From Saccostrea echinata (lineage: Eukaryota), in the NCBI RefSeq assembly GCF_033153115.1, contig NW_026889761.1:20708001-20772000 (forward strand): 64,000 nt of DNA. The letters run 5' to 3'. The notes beneath the pieces were generated by a model, which had not been told where the DNA came from, made no database searches, and saw nothing but the letters and a program-made list of their open reading frames with translations. Made by a program: the position numbers and the translations under genes. Of this stretch, positions 50,905-63,619 are shown in pieces (position 1 is the first letter of the stretch; every line of letters starts with the position of its first letter).

Positions 50905-51402
50905 ACTGTGATTTATTCAATGAATAAAAGTGATATTCTCCCACAGTGTGAAAGGATACCAAAGTGATATTCTCTCACAGTGTGAAAGGATATCAAAGTA
51001 AGTAAAATATAATTTCTGGCCTGTAATAAGATTGAGATGGTAACTAAACCATCTTGACATTGACTAAAACTGCCAATTTCTTCTCAAATTGTTGCTAAAA
51101 TCCATGTAACAATGTTTTCATCTCACAACTGCTAAGCCATGACGTCTCAATTGCTCAACTATGACGTCACAGCCTATTACATTGCGTTAAGAAAAGACAG
51201 AGGCAAAAGGAAAATCAAAGAAAATGTAATAAATAGAAAATTCAATGTTTTGTAGTTGGATATGAAATTTATTTCACTCGTGAGACAGGATTTTCTGATA
51301 TTTTCACTCGTGCTTCGCACTCGTGAAAATATCATATAATCCTGTCCCACTCGTGAAATAAATTCCATATCCAACTACATAACATTGAATATCCTCTGTA
51401 TA
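50905..51402. mobile_element. Second long-hairpin non-autonomous element (left boundary uncertain)
   Basis: Tandem repeat of ~34 bp at ~50925-50998 and a ~150 bp imperfect hairpin at 51240-51390. Confidence 0.6.
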
Positions 51403-51889
51403 TTCACATTCAAATGTGAAATAAAATGAAAGATAACATTTAAAGTATTATATAAGTACTATGTAGCACATTATTGCATCCAACCTGGCAAGGCATTTAT
51501 ATAGAACAACATTTTATAAGATCTCCAACATGGATTTAGGGAGCGATGTAGTTGTGAGACCCAACTGGTAATGCTAGTAGATGAACTTGCCAGGAACATC
51601 CAGCACGGTAAACAAACCGACTTGATCCTGCCAGAGCAAGTTTTCTGCAAAAATCCATGTTACACCCGGGGTTCAGTCCTTGGTCCTATTCTATTCCTTG
51701 CATATATTAATTAATGATTTGCCGGAGCATGTAAAGTTTTAAGTTAGGCTCTTCGCAGACGATACTGTCATCTACATCATTATAGAAATCAATGCTCCAA
51801 GAAGATCTCAAGCAACTAGAGATTAGGAGACCCTGTGGGATATGGAATTCAATTCACTTAAGTAAATTATATACGGAACCAATTTTGAT

Positions 51890-51933
51890 GCACCAGATGC
51901 GCATTTCGACAAATTATGTCTCTTCAGTGATGC
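51890..51933 (-). ncRNA. Type I minimal hammerhead ribozyme (intact core)
   Basis: Minus strand GCAUCA CUGAAGA GACA UAAUU UGUC GAAA UGCGCA UC UGGUGC: stem I, CUGANGA, stem II, GAAA, palindromic stem III, AUC cleavage triplet. Confidence 0.88.
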
Positions 51934-52235
51934 TCAAGCAGAAACGTTGGAAATCCAAAATACTTCAATAAAAAAGACTTGGAAGAGATGAAAAAAGGTG
52001 CCAAAGACTGGAGCCAAATACGTCGGATCAGAGCTTTTCATGAGGGAGATAAATCATAATTTTGAAATAAATTTCTGAATTTTACGACAGCAATTAAATA
52101 TATATCCCGTATTTTCAAGCTAGTATCGAAGTACTAGGTAACTGAGCTGTAGAGACCCTCGGGGACTAACAGTCCACCAGCAGAGGCCTCTACTCAGGAG
52201 TCATAATGTAAATCATATACGGTACCAATTTTGAT

Positions 52236-52279
52236 GCACCAGATGCGCATCTCGACAAATTATGTCTCTTCAGTGATGC
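52236..52279 (-). ncRNA. Type I hammerhead ribozyme copy with core variant GAAA to GAGA
   Basis: Identical to 51890-51933 except for one substitution in the GAAA box. Confidence 0.8.
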
Positions 52280-53424
52280 TCAAACCGAAACGTTGGAAAT
52301 TCAAAATATTTAAATAAAAAAGACATGGAAGAGCTGAAAAAAGGTAAGTGTCAGGTTATCCATGTATCAACATCCAGATCGACTAAATATTGCATGATAA
52401 GATATTAGAGACTACACATCAGCTCGGTATCTGGGTGTCGATATATCGGATAGCTTGAGTTGGAGTCAGCACATCAGCCGGGTTACAAGCAAAGCCAATA
52501 ATTATAGCTCATTTGGCTTACTACAAAGAAACATTCCAACTAGGAGCCGCCAGCTTCGATTAGCAGCATACAAGGCTGAGGTGCATCTACAGCTTTCAGC
52601 GTTTGAGACCCTACGTAGGTACATATACCAACCAATTTGAGGCAGTACAGGGCAGAACTGCAAGATCAGACTACAGTAGAATATCAAGTTTGCTACCTAG
52701 CTACCTTTGCATGGTTGGCGCAGTTTGCAATTAAAGAGGACTGGTGCCAGGCTTGTATTGAAGTACAAGAACGTACATGGTCTAGGAGCCATCCCTTCAG
52801 TTCAACTTATTTCCCCCAGCAGGACTACTCGGTCATTATATCATTTCCTCACCTTTCGTCAGATTCAAACCAAAATGTTTACATGTAATTTTTTTTCACT
52901 TACTATAGTTCAATGGAAGAGATCGCCAGACAGTGTTGTCTTACCTCCTGATATTGAACAATTCAAACTGGAGGTGGGCAAACTGAATCGTTACATAAGA
53001 GTCCTTTTACCTCTTTTAATTGTGAATACTGTTTTCCTAAACTTCCGTAATCACTAATATTAGAAAATTGTTTTCCTTTTTATTCTATTGAAATTTTCAA
53101 CTATCTCCTACTTTTATCTTTTAACCAGCTGTGCATCCTATTAAAGGTACTATATTCAGAGGACGAATAGTACCGAGAGATAGATAGATGGGTATAGAAT
53201 TGAATACACGACGCATTCCATTTTAATTTCCATAGTTCGGCCAACTACTTCAGACACAGTGATAACCAGAAATTGACAAGCATATTAGGCACTTGATCTT
53301 TCATTTTGTATGAAATCTACATTCAGTTGTAAATATCAAGAAATTAACGCATTCACTTTCAAAGAATTATCAAAGAGAGAAACAGTTGGAAATGTAAATA
53401 TTTGAATTTAAACGCTGAATCTGT

Positions 53425-53920
53425 CAAATAAACATTAAACGAGACTGTTGATTTTCTTGTTTCATCAACTTGTTTGTCAATAACTTACCACGTTTAAGAA
53501 GTTGTTCATACGTAGAGCATGCTCTTGCGTATCGAATCAATTGAGAGATATATACACCATATGCAGGTGATAAGGGTAGGTTGACGATTGAAATGTTAAA
53601 ATCATAACGTTTATCATAAAGCTTTGTTGTTAGATTACCATTAACGTCTTTTTCTAGTAAAATATCCCAATATGAAACAGATGTGTCAGACTCTGTGGTA
53701 TCTTTTATTTTAAGCTCACTGGGATATATAATATCGACATATGAATGGAAATAACTATTGTTACATGCAATTGATAATACGTCGTCGATATATCTAAATG
53801 TCGAGTTGAAGGCCACAGGAGATTTTTTAATCATGTATAAGATTTTGAATAAATTCTGCTTCATATGAATACAAAAATAGGTCTGCTTATAACGGGTCGC
53901 AATTGGTACCCATGGGAATT
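53425..53920 (-). mobile_element. Penelope-like RT fragment
   Basis: IPMGTNCDP, FRYIDDVLSI, ELKIKDTTESDTSVSYWDILL, SPAYGVYISQLIRYARACS. Confidence 0.88.
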
Positions 53921-54439
53921 TAAATACTAAATTCTACAAAAAAAAGAGAAAGAAATGAATATACTGGGTAGACAAATAGGCACTTGGTTTCAGGATGGTG
54001 TATTATGTGCATTATGCGTTTTTCTAGGTGTGTCTGAATACACTTATCAAAATAAAAATCAAAAATCGCTTAAATTAACACGTTTTAAAATATCATATTA
54101 CTGTATATAAAATGATTTAAGGTACGACAGCTGCTATCTTGGATTTCAGGGGCGTGCCTCAGTTCACACTTGATTTTTATCAATATCTACACTTTTCCTA
54201 CCGTTGTTTGGTGAGATCTAGCTTAAAAAAATGATTGAATGATGCTTTTCAATTGTCTGCCGATTTGAAGTTGCCGTATAAAACATGCAGTTAACTGAAA
54301 CATCCTCGATACCTAGCACTGAAACAGAAAGCAACGGAAGTGACGATTTTTTACTATGTAAAATGTAGAGGCATCCTGGAATTACACGGAAAGTCTAGAA
54401 AGAACACGGTTTCTGACCTCTCTAATTTTTCGTGTAATT

Positions 54440-55143
54440 CAAAAACTTTAACCTTGCCCATAACTTTCGACTAGTTGAAGCTATGGCTGTCGTATTTCAC
54501 ATGTGTATTCCTTGTGACAAGATCTTTATTTGGATACCATCATATTTGACTTTTTGACTTTGACTTTGGGGTTTGACCGACTTTTGCAAAAATGTTCTCA
54601 ACTTTAACCTTGGTCATAACTTTTGAAGACTTAATGCTAGGGCATTCTTATTTCACATGTGTATTTATCGGGACGAGACCTTTCCATGGGTATAAATATT
54701 TTTGACCTTTTGACCTTTACCTTTTCGTTTATTCCACTTTTAAAAAACGTTAACATTGGCTATAACCTTTGAACGGTTGGTGCTAGAGCTTTCATACTTC
54801 ACGTGTAATCCTTGTGACAAGACCTTCCTTCGGATACCAACAACTTTGACCTTGACTTTGGAGTTTGACCTTCTTCTGGAAAACTTCATCCTTGGCCATA
54901 ATTTCTGAACAGTTGGTACTAGGGCTTTCATGCTTCAGATGTGTATTCCTTGTGACAAGACCTTCCTTTGGATACCAACAATTATAGCCCAAAAACTTTG
55001 ACCATTGAGTTTAACAGGGTCTACGTTTTGAAAACTTTTACCTTGGCTATTACTTTTGAACAGTTGGTGCTAAGGAATTCATACTTCACATATGTAATCC
55101 TTGTGACAAGACCTTACTTTGGATACCAACAACTTTGACCCTT

Positions 55144-55174
<31 letters not shown>

Positions 55175-55503
55175 GAAAAACTTTAACCTTGGCCATAACT
55201 TTTGAACGGTTGTTGCTAGGGCTTTTCTATTTACATGTGTACTTCTTGTGAGAAAGCCTTTCCTTTGTCACCTTTAACTTTGACCATTTGACCTTGACCT
55301 TGATATTGACTTCCTTTTGAAAAACTAAAAGCTTTTTCCATATCTTTTCAATGGTTGCTTCAAGGGCTTTCATATTTCACGTGTATATTCCTCGAGACAA
55401 GACCTTACTTTGGGTACCAACATATTTGTTTTGAATTTGAGAAAGTTTGACCTTTGCTAAAAGTTGCCAAGCGGGGGCATCAGTGTTTCACAAACACATC
55501 TTG
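54440..55503. repeat. ~150-160 bp satellite array ending in a HINE-type 3' terminus
   Basis: About 6-7 units with AACTTTAACCTTGGCCATAACTTTTGAA...CCTTGTGACAAGACCTT...TTGACCTTGACCTT; end GCGGGGGCATCA-GTGTTTCACAAACAC-ATCTTG (hairpin). Confidence 0.85.
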
Positions 55504-56099
55504 ATTTTATTTTAATATATAAACCATTGCAACAATGTCCGTCGAATTTTATTCAAAGACTAATACACATGTATATAGAATTGATCCTGCCTGTTACATG
55601 ACAAGTTTTATTTAAATAGGACCAAAACTGATTAGGGAGTAGTATTTTGAAGAAGGGAAAAGGTTTACAGACACATAAACGAACACACGTACGAACACCA
55701 ACATCTTAACATTGCCTTAGCTTTTAACTGCATGGTCTCTGAAAACTTTCTGATGTTATAAGTATCAAAACTTCATATAACCAGGAGCATAAATTTGACA
55801 TACATTGAAACTATAATATTGCTTTTTCTGTTCTGCTCTTTCTGAACTTTTTGTCTACACTGCACTTTCCGTCGATATTCCTCCATTGTTTACTTCTCCA
55901 TGTGCTCCAGTGCTAAAAATAGCGCCACGCGACTTTTCATAAAAACGGGAGGTAACTCTAAAAAAGAATGATTGGCGTTCATGTCCTTTTTTTCATACAG
56001 ATTGTGTAATTAATATTAAAGAATTGAGCATGAGGAATTAATTAAATGCAGAGCAAGAGGAATTAATTAAATACAAAGGGATAGGAAATTTTGAAAAGG

Positions 56100-56147
<48 letters not shown>

Positions 56148-56479
56148 CACAGGAACTTGATTCGAATGCCTGTCGATTAAATTAGACATCGTTGCGTTAC
56201 TGATTGCTATGTCTTATCTTTTGTAAATCTGTTATTATATAATGAACACATTGGAGTTCTACGAAATTACATGTGTACAGGAAATTAAAATTAACTCTCA
56301 AGATATTGATCATCAGCTGATTGACTCTCAATCGCCACGCTTCACGGTATATTCGCTGATCAACGACCGTGTTTGTTTAGCACAGTCCGCTTTCTGTCGA
56401 TGTGCATGCCAGTCGTAAAAACACAATTAACTACTCAGGTCATTAAAAATTAAGTGTCAATACTGAAATGCAATAAAAA

Positions 56480-56590
56480 TTTAATCATGGCGGTCGGCGA
56501 TTTTAACCACGGCGCAGCTCGTTTAACCATGGCGCATATAAATTTAACCATGGCGGGCCGCCATGGTAAAACTCTTTGTGGAGAACCCTG
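56480..56590. mobile_element. One end of a probable hAT-like DNA transposon
   Basis: Repeated TTAACCATGGCG units ending ...GGAGAACCCTG (CAGGG on minus). The partner end was not found. Confidence 0.4.
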
Positions 56591-59500
56591 GAAACAAGAG
56601 GTTGTTCGAGTTCAAAATCGGTGAAAATTATAATATGAATACATAACATATATCATGCATGCCTATACTCAATCTCGTATTCTTACTTTTTAGCTCAGAT
56701 ACGTCATATATGACTTTAAATTTGGCCTAACAAAATAATGTTCGTTAAAATATTCCGACATAATATTTGACAATGCACTGCATTAATTCTACAGTATATA
56801 ATGAATTTCGTCAGCTATATGCCGAGATTTACAAAGTGTGGATAACGGTATACCCGACCATCTCCCAGCTCAACTGGTAGACGTAAATTTGAAGTTGGAC
56901 TTTCATAAATTTTGTAAAACTATTAAGTTTTAGGGGCAAAATACTTTTCATATTCAAAATTTGATTTTAAAAGTTTATACACAATACCTTTGAATGAACT
57001 ATTATTGCCAATATGCCAATGATAAATTTAAAAAAAAAAATAAAAAAATAAAAAACATTAATTCGTCCTGTTCATAACTTTAAAATTTTAACAAAACTGC
57101 TTATCATGTCTTTTGAGTTATCGTTCTTTGCTGAGCATTGCCTACGCATATGAGTATCTTGTTCATTTACCCTAAATTTAACTCAAATCAGTGTTTTATT
57201 TCTTTTTAGACAGAAAAACGGTTTATAGGGGATGTACATATTTTAAATTAAATTTTATAAGGAGGTCATTTTCTTTGTTATTTACACCTGTTCTATGATT
57301 TAAATATAATTACACCGGAAACCCTTACGGGTTTTCGGTATGTGTAATTGAATTTAACACCCACCCGACTTCCTGCTAGATCTGCTTTGACATGCATATA
57401 TATTTAAAAGAAAATAATAAATGCAGAGATAGCTTTACAGTTATTTCATGTGGCACAAGCATTGATTTTCCAGGTTTTCATGTCAAGAATATACATGTAT
57501 ATATGTATTGCAAAATAAATTGAACCACGCAGCTTCCCGAGTCTCTTTCTAATTAGCATAATTCATCAAAGATATATCACTCAAATTATTTTGAATAATA
57601 TCATAATTAGTGCATTGAAATTAATAAGTAGAGATCATGCTGAGAACATCTTGTATTGATTAATGTTTCATAATTCCTCTGCTTTGTAAGGTAAAATCTT
57701 ATAATGGCCGCTGGCTTCACTCATCCGTGACTCGCCGGTGTATGAACAAATCAATATGATATAGATCAAGGTATATCAGTCCTACCCGGATGTAACGATC
57801 TGGTCAGTATCTCTTTATATTTATTATTGTGAATTAACTCCATTTTAATGTCATATCAAGTAGATGTATGCAAAAAGACTAAGAATAATAGTAAAATGTA
57901 AAAATGTACTTAAGAGAATCTCCAAGTTGTCGCTTATATTTCTAGCGATTCTTCTCAAAATTTTGATATTGCAATCTGTCGCGGAACGTAGGGTAAAGGG
58001 AATAGGCGTGTAAGATGATCCTACGCTGCAACATTTTGCAGATTTCCCAGTGTTTTTTCTCTGTCAAGTAGAGTCACCGTTTTGTGAAAAAGTATTTATT
58101 GCAAATTGCAGATATTCCTTTGTAAAGACAATGTGTTTTTGTAAAGGCATTGAGCAGGAGAATGCTATAAATATGTATGACAATTTTAGATGTTTTTTTA
58201 ATTATTATCGTGAACAAAGGTATGAATAGAACTTCAGAATTTTTTATTGCACTTTGTTTAAGTTCAAATTCACGGTTCAGAACGTCCATTGAAACTATAT
58301 TGTTAGATTTAAAGGTATCGTGTAAATGTATAAGGTACATATGTGAGACATTGCCTTCACCACCGGTTCTTAAGTTTCTTCCATGTATAACGACCTTGGA
58401 CATAGTTACGTATTATTGCACAATGGTGGCCAAGTGTAATAAAATGTCAAATCTGTACTACCTAGTGGTTTCACGCCATAGTAAATTACATGTGTCACTG
58501 TGCTTGTAAATCATCAATTGATTAATAGAAATGTCGAAGTGGACAGTAAAATATTGTAAATTGAACAACTGTATCATGACCGAAGTATCGAAAGTGAACG
58601 CATTATTACATGCAAATTAAACTTCAGTATTGTTGAAATGCATATTGGAGTGGACACCTGTATTGAAACACTGGGAGATGATTTCACAGGCTGGACTAGT
58701 AGCAGAAACATAAGAAATGAGAGAGAAAATATGTTCATGGCTGCCTTGGTTTATAAAATCCCAGCACATGCCCCGCCCCCACTCCCACCCGACATGCTGG
58801 CATTTTTAACTCGCTAGTCAGGACGAATGCAAACGTGAATGGTCAGGAAAACTTAACAAGTGTCCATGATTTCTTAACTACGATTGTTTATATGCTAAGT
58901 GTCTCTATACCATAATCTTATAGCAATGAACATCATTATACTAATCAATCAATATACTAATCTTATAAATGCTTTGAATGAATGAGAATGGACAAAAAGA
59001 ACATGCAATTCTTTTTTTTATTCTGAGAAAAATCTAAATATTGGTTTTAAAAAGTACGGTTAAAGAAAACATGTTGTTCTAACAGGAAACACATGGAACA
59101 TAGCTAGGGAGTAAATCGGAACAGCCAAACTTCAATAACCGGTCCGGTATATAATGACTACGTACAATTTAAAGTGAAGGGATGTATTGCCGTGATAGTA
59201 GGTAATTTTCCTGTTTAACTCATAAACTATACGTGTATGGTTTGTTTTGTTTTGAACATATTTTATTGACATAAGCAAATGGATCGGAAACAAGTTCTTA
59301 CAACTTACTGGTTCCTCTCCTTAAATTTAACAATTGTGTATGGTTTGATAAGTCATATATATTCTAAACGTTTAAATTATATCATCATATAAACCAGACT
59401 TTTTTAATACCTGAAATGAAGCAGATTTACATGCAGTTATAATGAAGGATACCTGATAGTTTCCCCATACATTGAAACAAGACAATAAGGAGGCTTTAAC

Positions 59501-60394
59501 ACCGTACAGTAACACAGCTAGAAGTCTTATTTTTTTTCCGTTTGAACCTTCAATTTTTGGATAATATAAAGCCCAAGTGACTACATTTGCACAAGATCAC
59601 TGGGGGAAATAAAGATAAAATGATTTAAAGTAACTTCGAATTTAGTGCGTTTTGATAGTATAGAGATGAAATTTGGATTAGATGAGATTCGTACTGGAAT
59701 TTATTCGAATATCCTTTATTTCGTTTTGTTATTTTTACTGTTAAATGCTCTGATAATAGAATTTATATTTTTTTTCCTATTGGTTGTACTAAACTTAGCG
59801 TCAAACCACAAAAAATACTAGATCCTCATAACAATATTTACAAAGAGGTTTAATAGAGTACTAACATACAATGGAGTACGAACACGTAATATAGAAACCC
59901 TAAGCACCTACCCCTTAGACCTATTTTTTTCTGTTTGGAATTTTACCATTCCTATTTTGGAGGATGACCGAGTATATTAATTTAAGGAAATATATCTATA
60001 TCCAGTCAAGGTGAGGTTATGCATTTACATTAAGTTCTTTTAGCGTAATAAAAAAAACAAATATTATGTTATAATTATTTTTTTTCTCGGACCGTTAGCA
60101 ATACATGTACCTGTACCAAGGAGAGCCGAGAGTTTTCCCCACATCTAAAGCATCAATAACTCGTATATTTTAACCAAATTTCAACTCAAATATAGCATAT
60201 CACTACATGAATTGCTAATGCATTGTCTACATGTACCCTATTTATACTATGCATCTTTCCCCCATTTGAAGGGGAATTCCTGGATTAGAACCTTTAACAT
60301 TTTCTTAAAATCCTAAAATAGATGGGCGAACAAGGCATGAAAAATGCTTTTAGCTTCAAAAGTATAAAAATCATATTCAATTCATGAATTTAGT

Positions 60395-60555
60395 ACGATT
60401 GAACTTCGGTATCTCGAACACCAATATCTCGAATACCATGGATATGTCAAAGTGATTTGGAAGTCCCAACCACATAAACCTTTAGTATGTTACCCTTGAT
60501 ATCTCGAGGTTTTTTTTCGGTCCGATAGAGTATGAGATAACGAGGTTTGACTGTA
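60395..60555. mobile_element. Tc1/mariner-type (Tigger-like) MITE
   Basis: TACGATTGAACTTCGGTATCTCG...GAGATAACGAGGTTTGACTGTA with internal ATATCTCGA repeats. Confidence 0.7.
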
Positions 60556-63500
60556 TTTAAACTAAAGCTCTTGTTATTGAAAGTATGAAATTATAACAAA
60601 CAAACCTTTTCTGTGGAAAATTCTTGCGGCAAAAATCATTTTACGATTAAAACAATTGTGGTATTCTTAGGATTCGAACCCAATTGCAAGCAATAAAAAC
60701 CCTGAGTATCATATTTTTTCTTTGAGATTAACATGCTAGCGCTATATCGCTTATAACAAATAGCGGCATTTAAGGACAGATGATAAGACGAGTGTTAAAA
60801 AGTTGTGTAGATTTATAATGATGATTGCAGAAAAGTACTAGTATAATTTTAAACATCTGAAATAGAAAGTTTTCAATTCTTAATATTTTAGAAATTTTAT
60901 ATTTTCATTATTTTCAACCAAAATAGGTCCAAATTTAGACATCAGTCCATTCATCCTTTTTTTGTATCATCTATCCTTAAGTCATATTTGTGACATATGT
61001 CTCTGAAAGATACGCATGTAGTATTTCGAAGGTATAGTTGATCTTTGCTTCATGTTTCTTTTAACCGAAAAATGTGTATTTTTACTCATACTTAGAATAG
61101 AAAGTTTAGAAAAAAAAAATGGAGATCTAATCAAATGGGGAAAATGTGTAATAGTATGAAGAAAATATCATTTTTGCCCTCTTTAGTGTGTGTGTGCTAT
61201 TTCATATACAAATAATGTTAATCATTGGGAAACTGTTGCATATGACGGAGATTCTACATAAAGTGTACATAAATGTTAAATGAAATAACAAAACAATTGT
61301 TTTATAAACTTTTAAATGAAATTCAATTCTTCACAAATTTATGTTATAATTGAGATTCAAATTTTCACTTATTAGTCGCATCATAGGCGTTTTGCACGTC
61401 TTGCATGTTCGCCCATCTCCTTTCCCAGTTTTCCAGGTTGTTTTACAACTCGTACACATTTCCACTTAAAGATGTTCTCCTAAATTTGCGAATCATAAAT
61501 CATTTAAAGAAATCTTTATTTTACCAGTTATAAAGTTTTATGGGCAAGTGAAATAATAAATTTTTATGAGTACATGACAATTCACAATCAGTTTCGCGTT
61601 TACAAAACCGGTATGGTTTTCTAAACCGTACCTGTACGGTGTCACAAAATTAATAAATTTCAAATAAGATTCTAGACTTAATTTTATATAAGACATTTAT
61701 AATGCTAAAAGTTTTAAAGAAAATGGTTTATGGAAAACTAAATAAATATCAAGGGAAAATCTATAAATGGAAGAAAAAATAATTATATATCAGCTTATGC
61801 ATGCGATCTTGGAAAAAAAATCGGGATGGAGGAAGGATAAATGAAGAGAAAAAATATCATGAAGAGAGAGAGAGAAAGAACTTTTAAAGACTGCAGCTAA
61901 AAAAATGCGTGCAGTATTAGTAAAATCCTAAAAAAAAATAGTGCGTGCAAATGCAAACTTGAAGCCATGAAGAAGTTTGCAAAAATTGTCTACATAATTA
62001 AGATTCTGATATGTTCCCAGGTTATTTTTGTTACAATGAGCTCCTGGAAATCTGTCTTGTTTTTTCTAAAATCGACCAAAGACAGCTTACATTTACAACA
62101 AAGGATGGACGCATTACAATTTTTTTTTTGGTATCCATAGACGTAGTTACGGGAGGATAGAAGGTGTGCAAGAGTATTCTCGTACCTTTTTTTTTTTTTT
62201 TTTATAGTAAATACATCCTGAAATGTAGGAAATTTGCATAAAATGGCTTTTTAGCTTGGCTTTGCTTGTCAGAGGTCTTTGCCACTAAGCTGGAAGATAC
62301 TATTGTCAACTATCTGCCCCCCTTCCCCCGCCACTTTTTGGTCAAAGTTGTGATCTTTAGGATTGTTAAAAACCTTTTAACCATATATATATCTGGTTGA
62401 AAAATTTCGCTTTACCGCCAAACCGGAATGTGGGAGACCCATCTTCTTGGTTGACTCCCCTCTTTCAAGTTTGTGGCAACCCGCTGTTAACGACACACAT
62501 GTCAATGTAGTCAAGTTTATTCAGAATATAACTTTGGGTAATACAGCCCATCAGTTCACAAAAAAGCACATAAAAAAAACATATATTACAAAAATTAAGA
62601 CTCTAAATGAGCCTAAATTGGGGGGTGAAACCCCTGGTCAAGGGTTCCTGTGTAATACCGCTTCGACAAATAAGTGAAACTTGTTAGACGACTATGCTTT
62701 CATGTGGGGTGAAATCTTTCTTTAAATGATATTAAGTACCTGAATGAATTTCTGTAAGGGGTGTTGTCCTCTTATACTTAAACATTAAAGCTTCGGTTTA
62801 CGACTAGATCTTACAGGTTTGCCAAACTGCATATTTACTCTTTGTCTCGATGAGATCAGAGTTTTTTGGGGTTTTTTTTTTCTTTTCAATTTATATAATC
62901 ATACTAATATTTATTAGCTACGGTGGCAAAGTACATCTATCTGCCAGTTTTTGGGGGTTTTTTTAACGAAATATACGCTGTTACGCACCATATCACCCGA
63001 TTACAGAGTACTGTTGGTGACCTCCTTAAAATGTAGAAAAGATTATATCTTTATTGTTTTGACACGGTCTGATGAAATTGAAAGTATTTATACGCATACA
63101 AATATATTTACATTTAAAAGTGCATAGAGATCTTAAATCCAGTTGCCGTTTAAATTCTTTAAATAGATATACTAGTAATAGATTTCTCCTTTCAGAGTAA
63201 AAATGGCGCGTGCATACTTTGTAATTCCTCCTTATTAATTCACGATGACCCTCCTATAGCTATGTCCCGAGAATTAAATGTTACAATGGATTTATAAACA
63301 TGTAAACATTAAGGGGAAAGGGGGGGGGTTAGCCAAGTAAAATGTTTTTGTTGGACAGAAATATTGTACAGTTAAAGCACTTACTAGCATGTAAAAAAAA
63401 AAATGACATTATTACAGCCTCTTCATACGCCTTACTTCTATACCATCATTTTCTAGAGCCCAAAGGGATTATTCCAATTCAGAATAAAAAAAATTGTTAA

Positions 63501-63619
63501 AAATGGAAATACAAGCACACCTCGAACACAAGTTGAAACATGCGAGAAAGATCTAAATATTCGTAAATTTGCATCAAGTGACTTGACTACATGTATTTTT
63601 TTTTTCTTTCAGATTTAGA

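Larger units (their letters stand above)
51864..52344 (-). mobile_element. Retrozyme-like tandem element (~1.4 monomers, 346-bp period) with TAAGT TSD
   Basis: Direct repeat 51864-51997 / 52210-52344, each carrying a hammerhead. TAAGT at 51859-51863 and 52345-52349; the host LINE sequence rejoins across it. Confidence 0.8.
51660..53000 (+). mobile_element. Decayed LINE RT fragment (CR1-like group), split by the retrozyme-like insert
   Basis: GSVLGPILFLAYI-NDLPEHV, VRLFADDTVIY, WDMEFN..|KCQVIH, YLGVDISDSLSWSQHISRVTSKAN, FFSLTIVQW. Confidence 0.8.

Noticed and set aside
57308-57350. Isolated hairpin ACCGGAAACCC-TTAC-GGGTTTTCGGT as terminator or ncRNA
   Set aside because: No supporting context; most likely a transposon-end remnant.
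58074-58509. Overlapping 109/110-aa ORFs
   Set aside because: No recognisable motifs or splice structure; compatible with chance.
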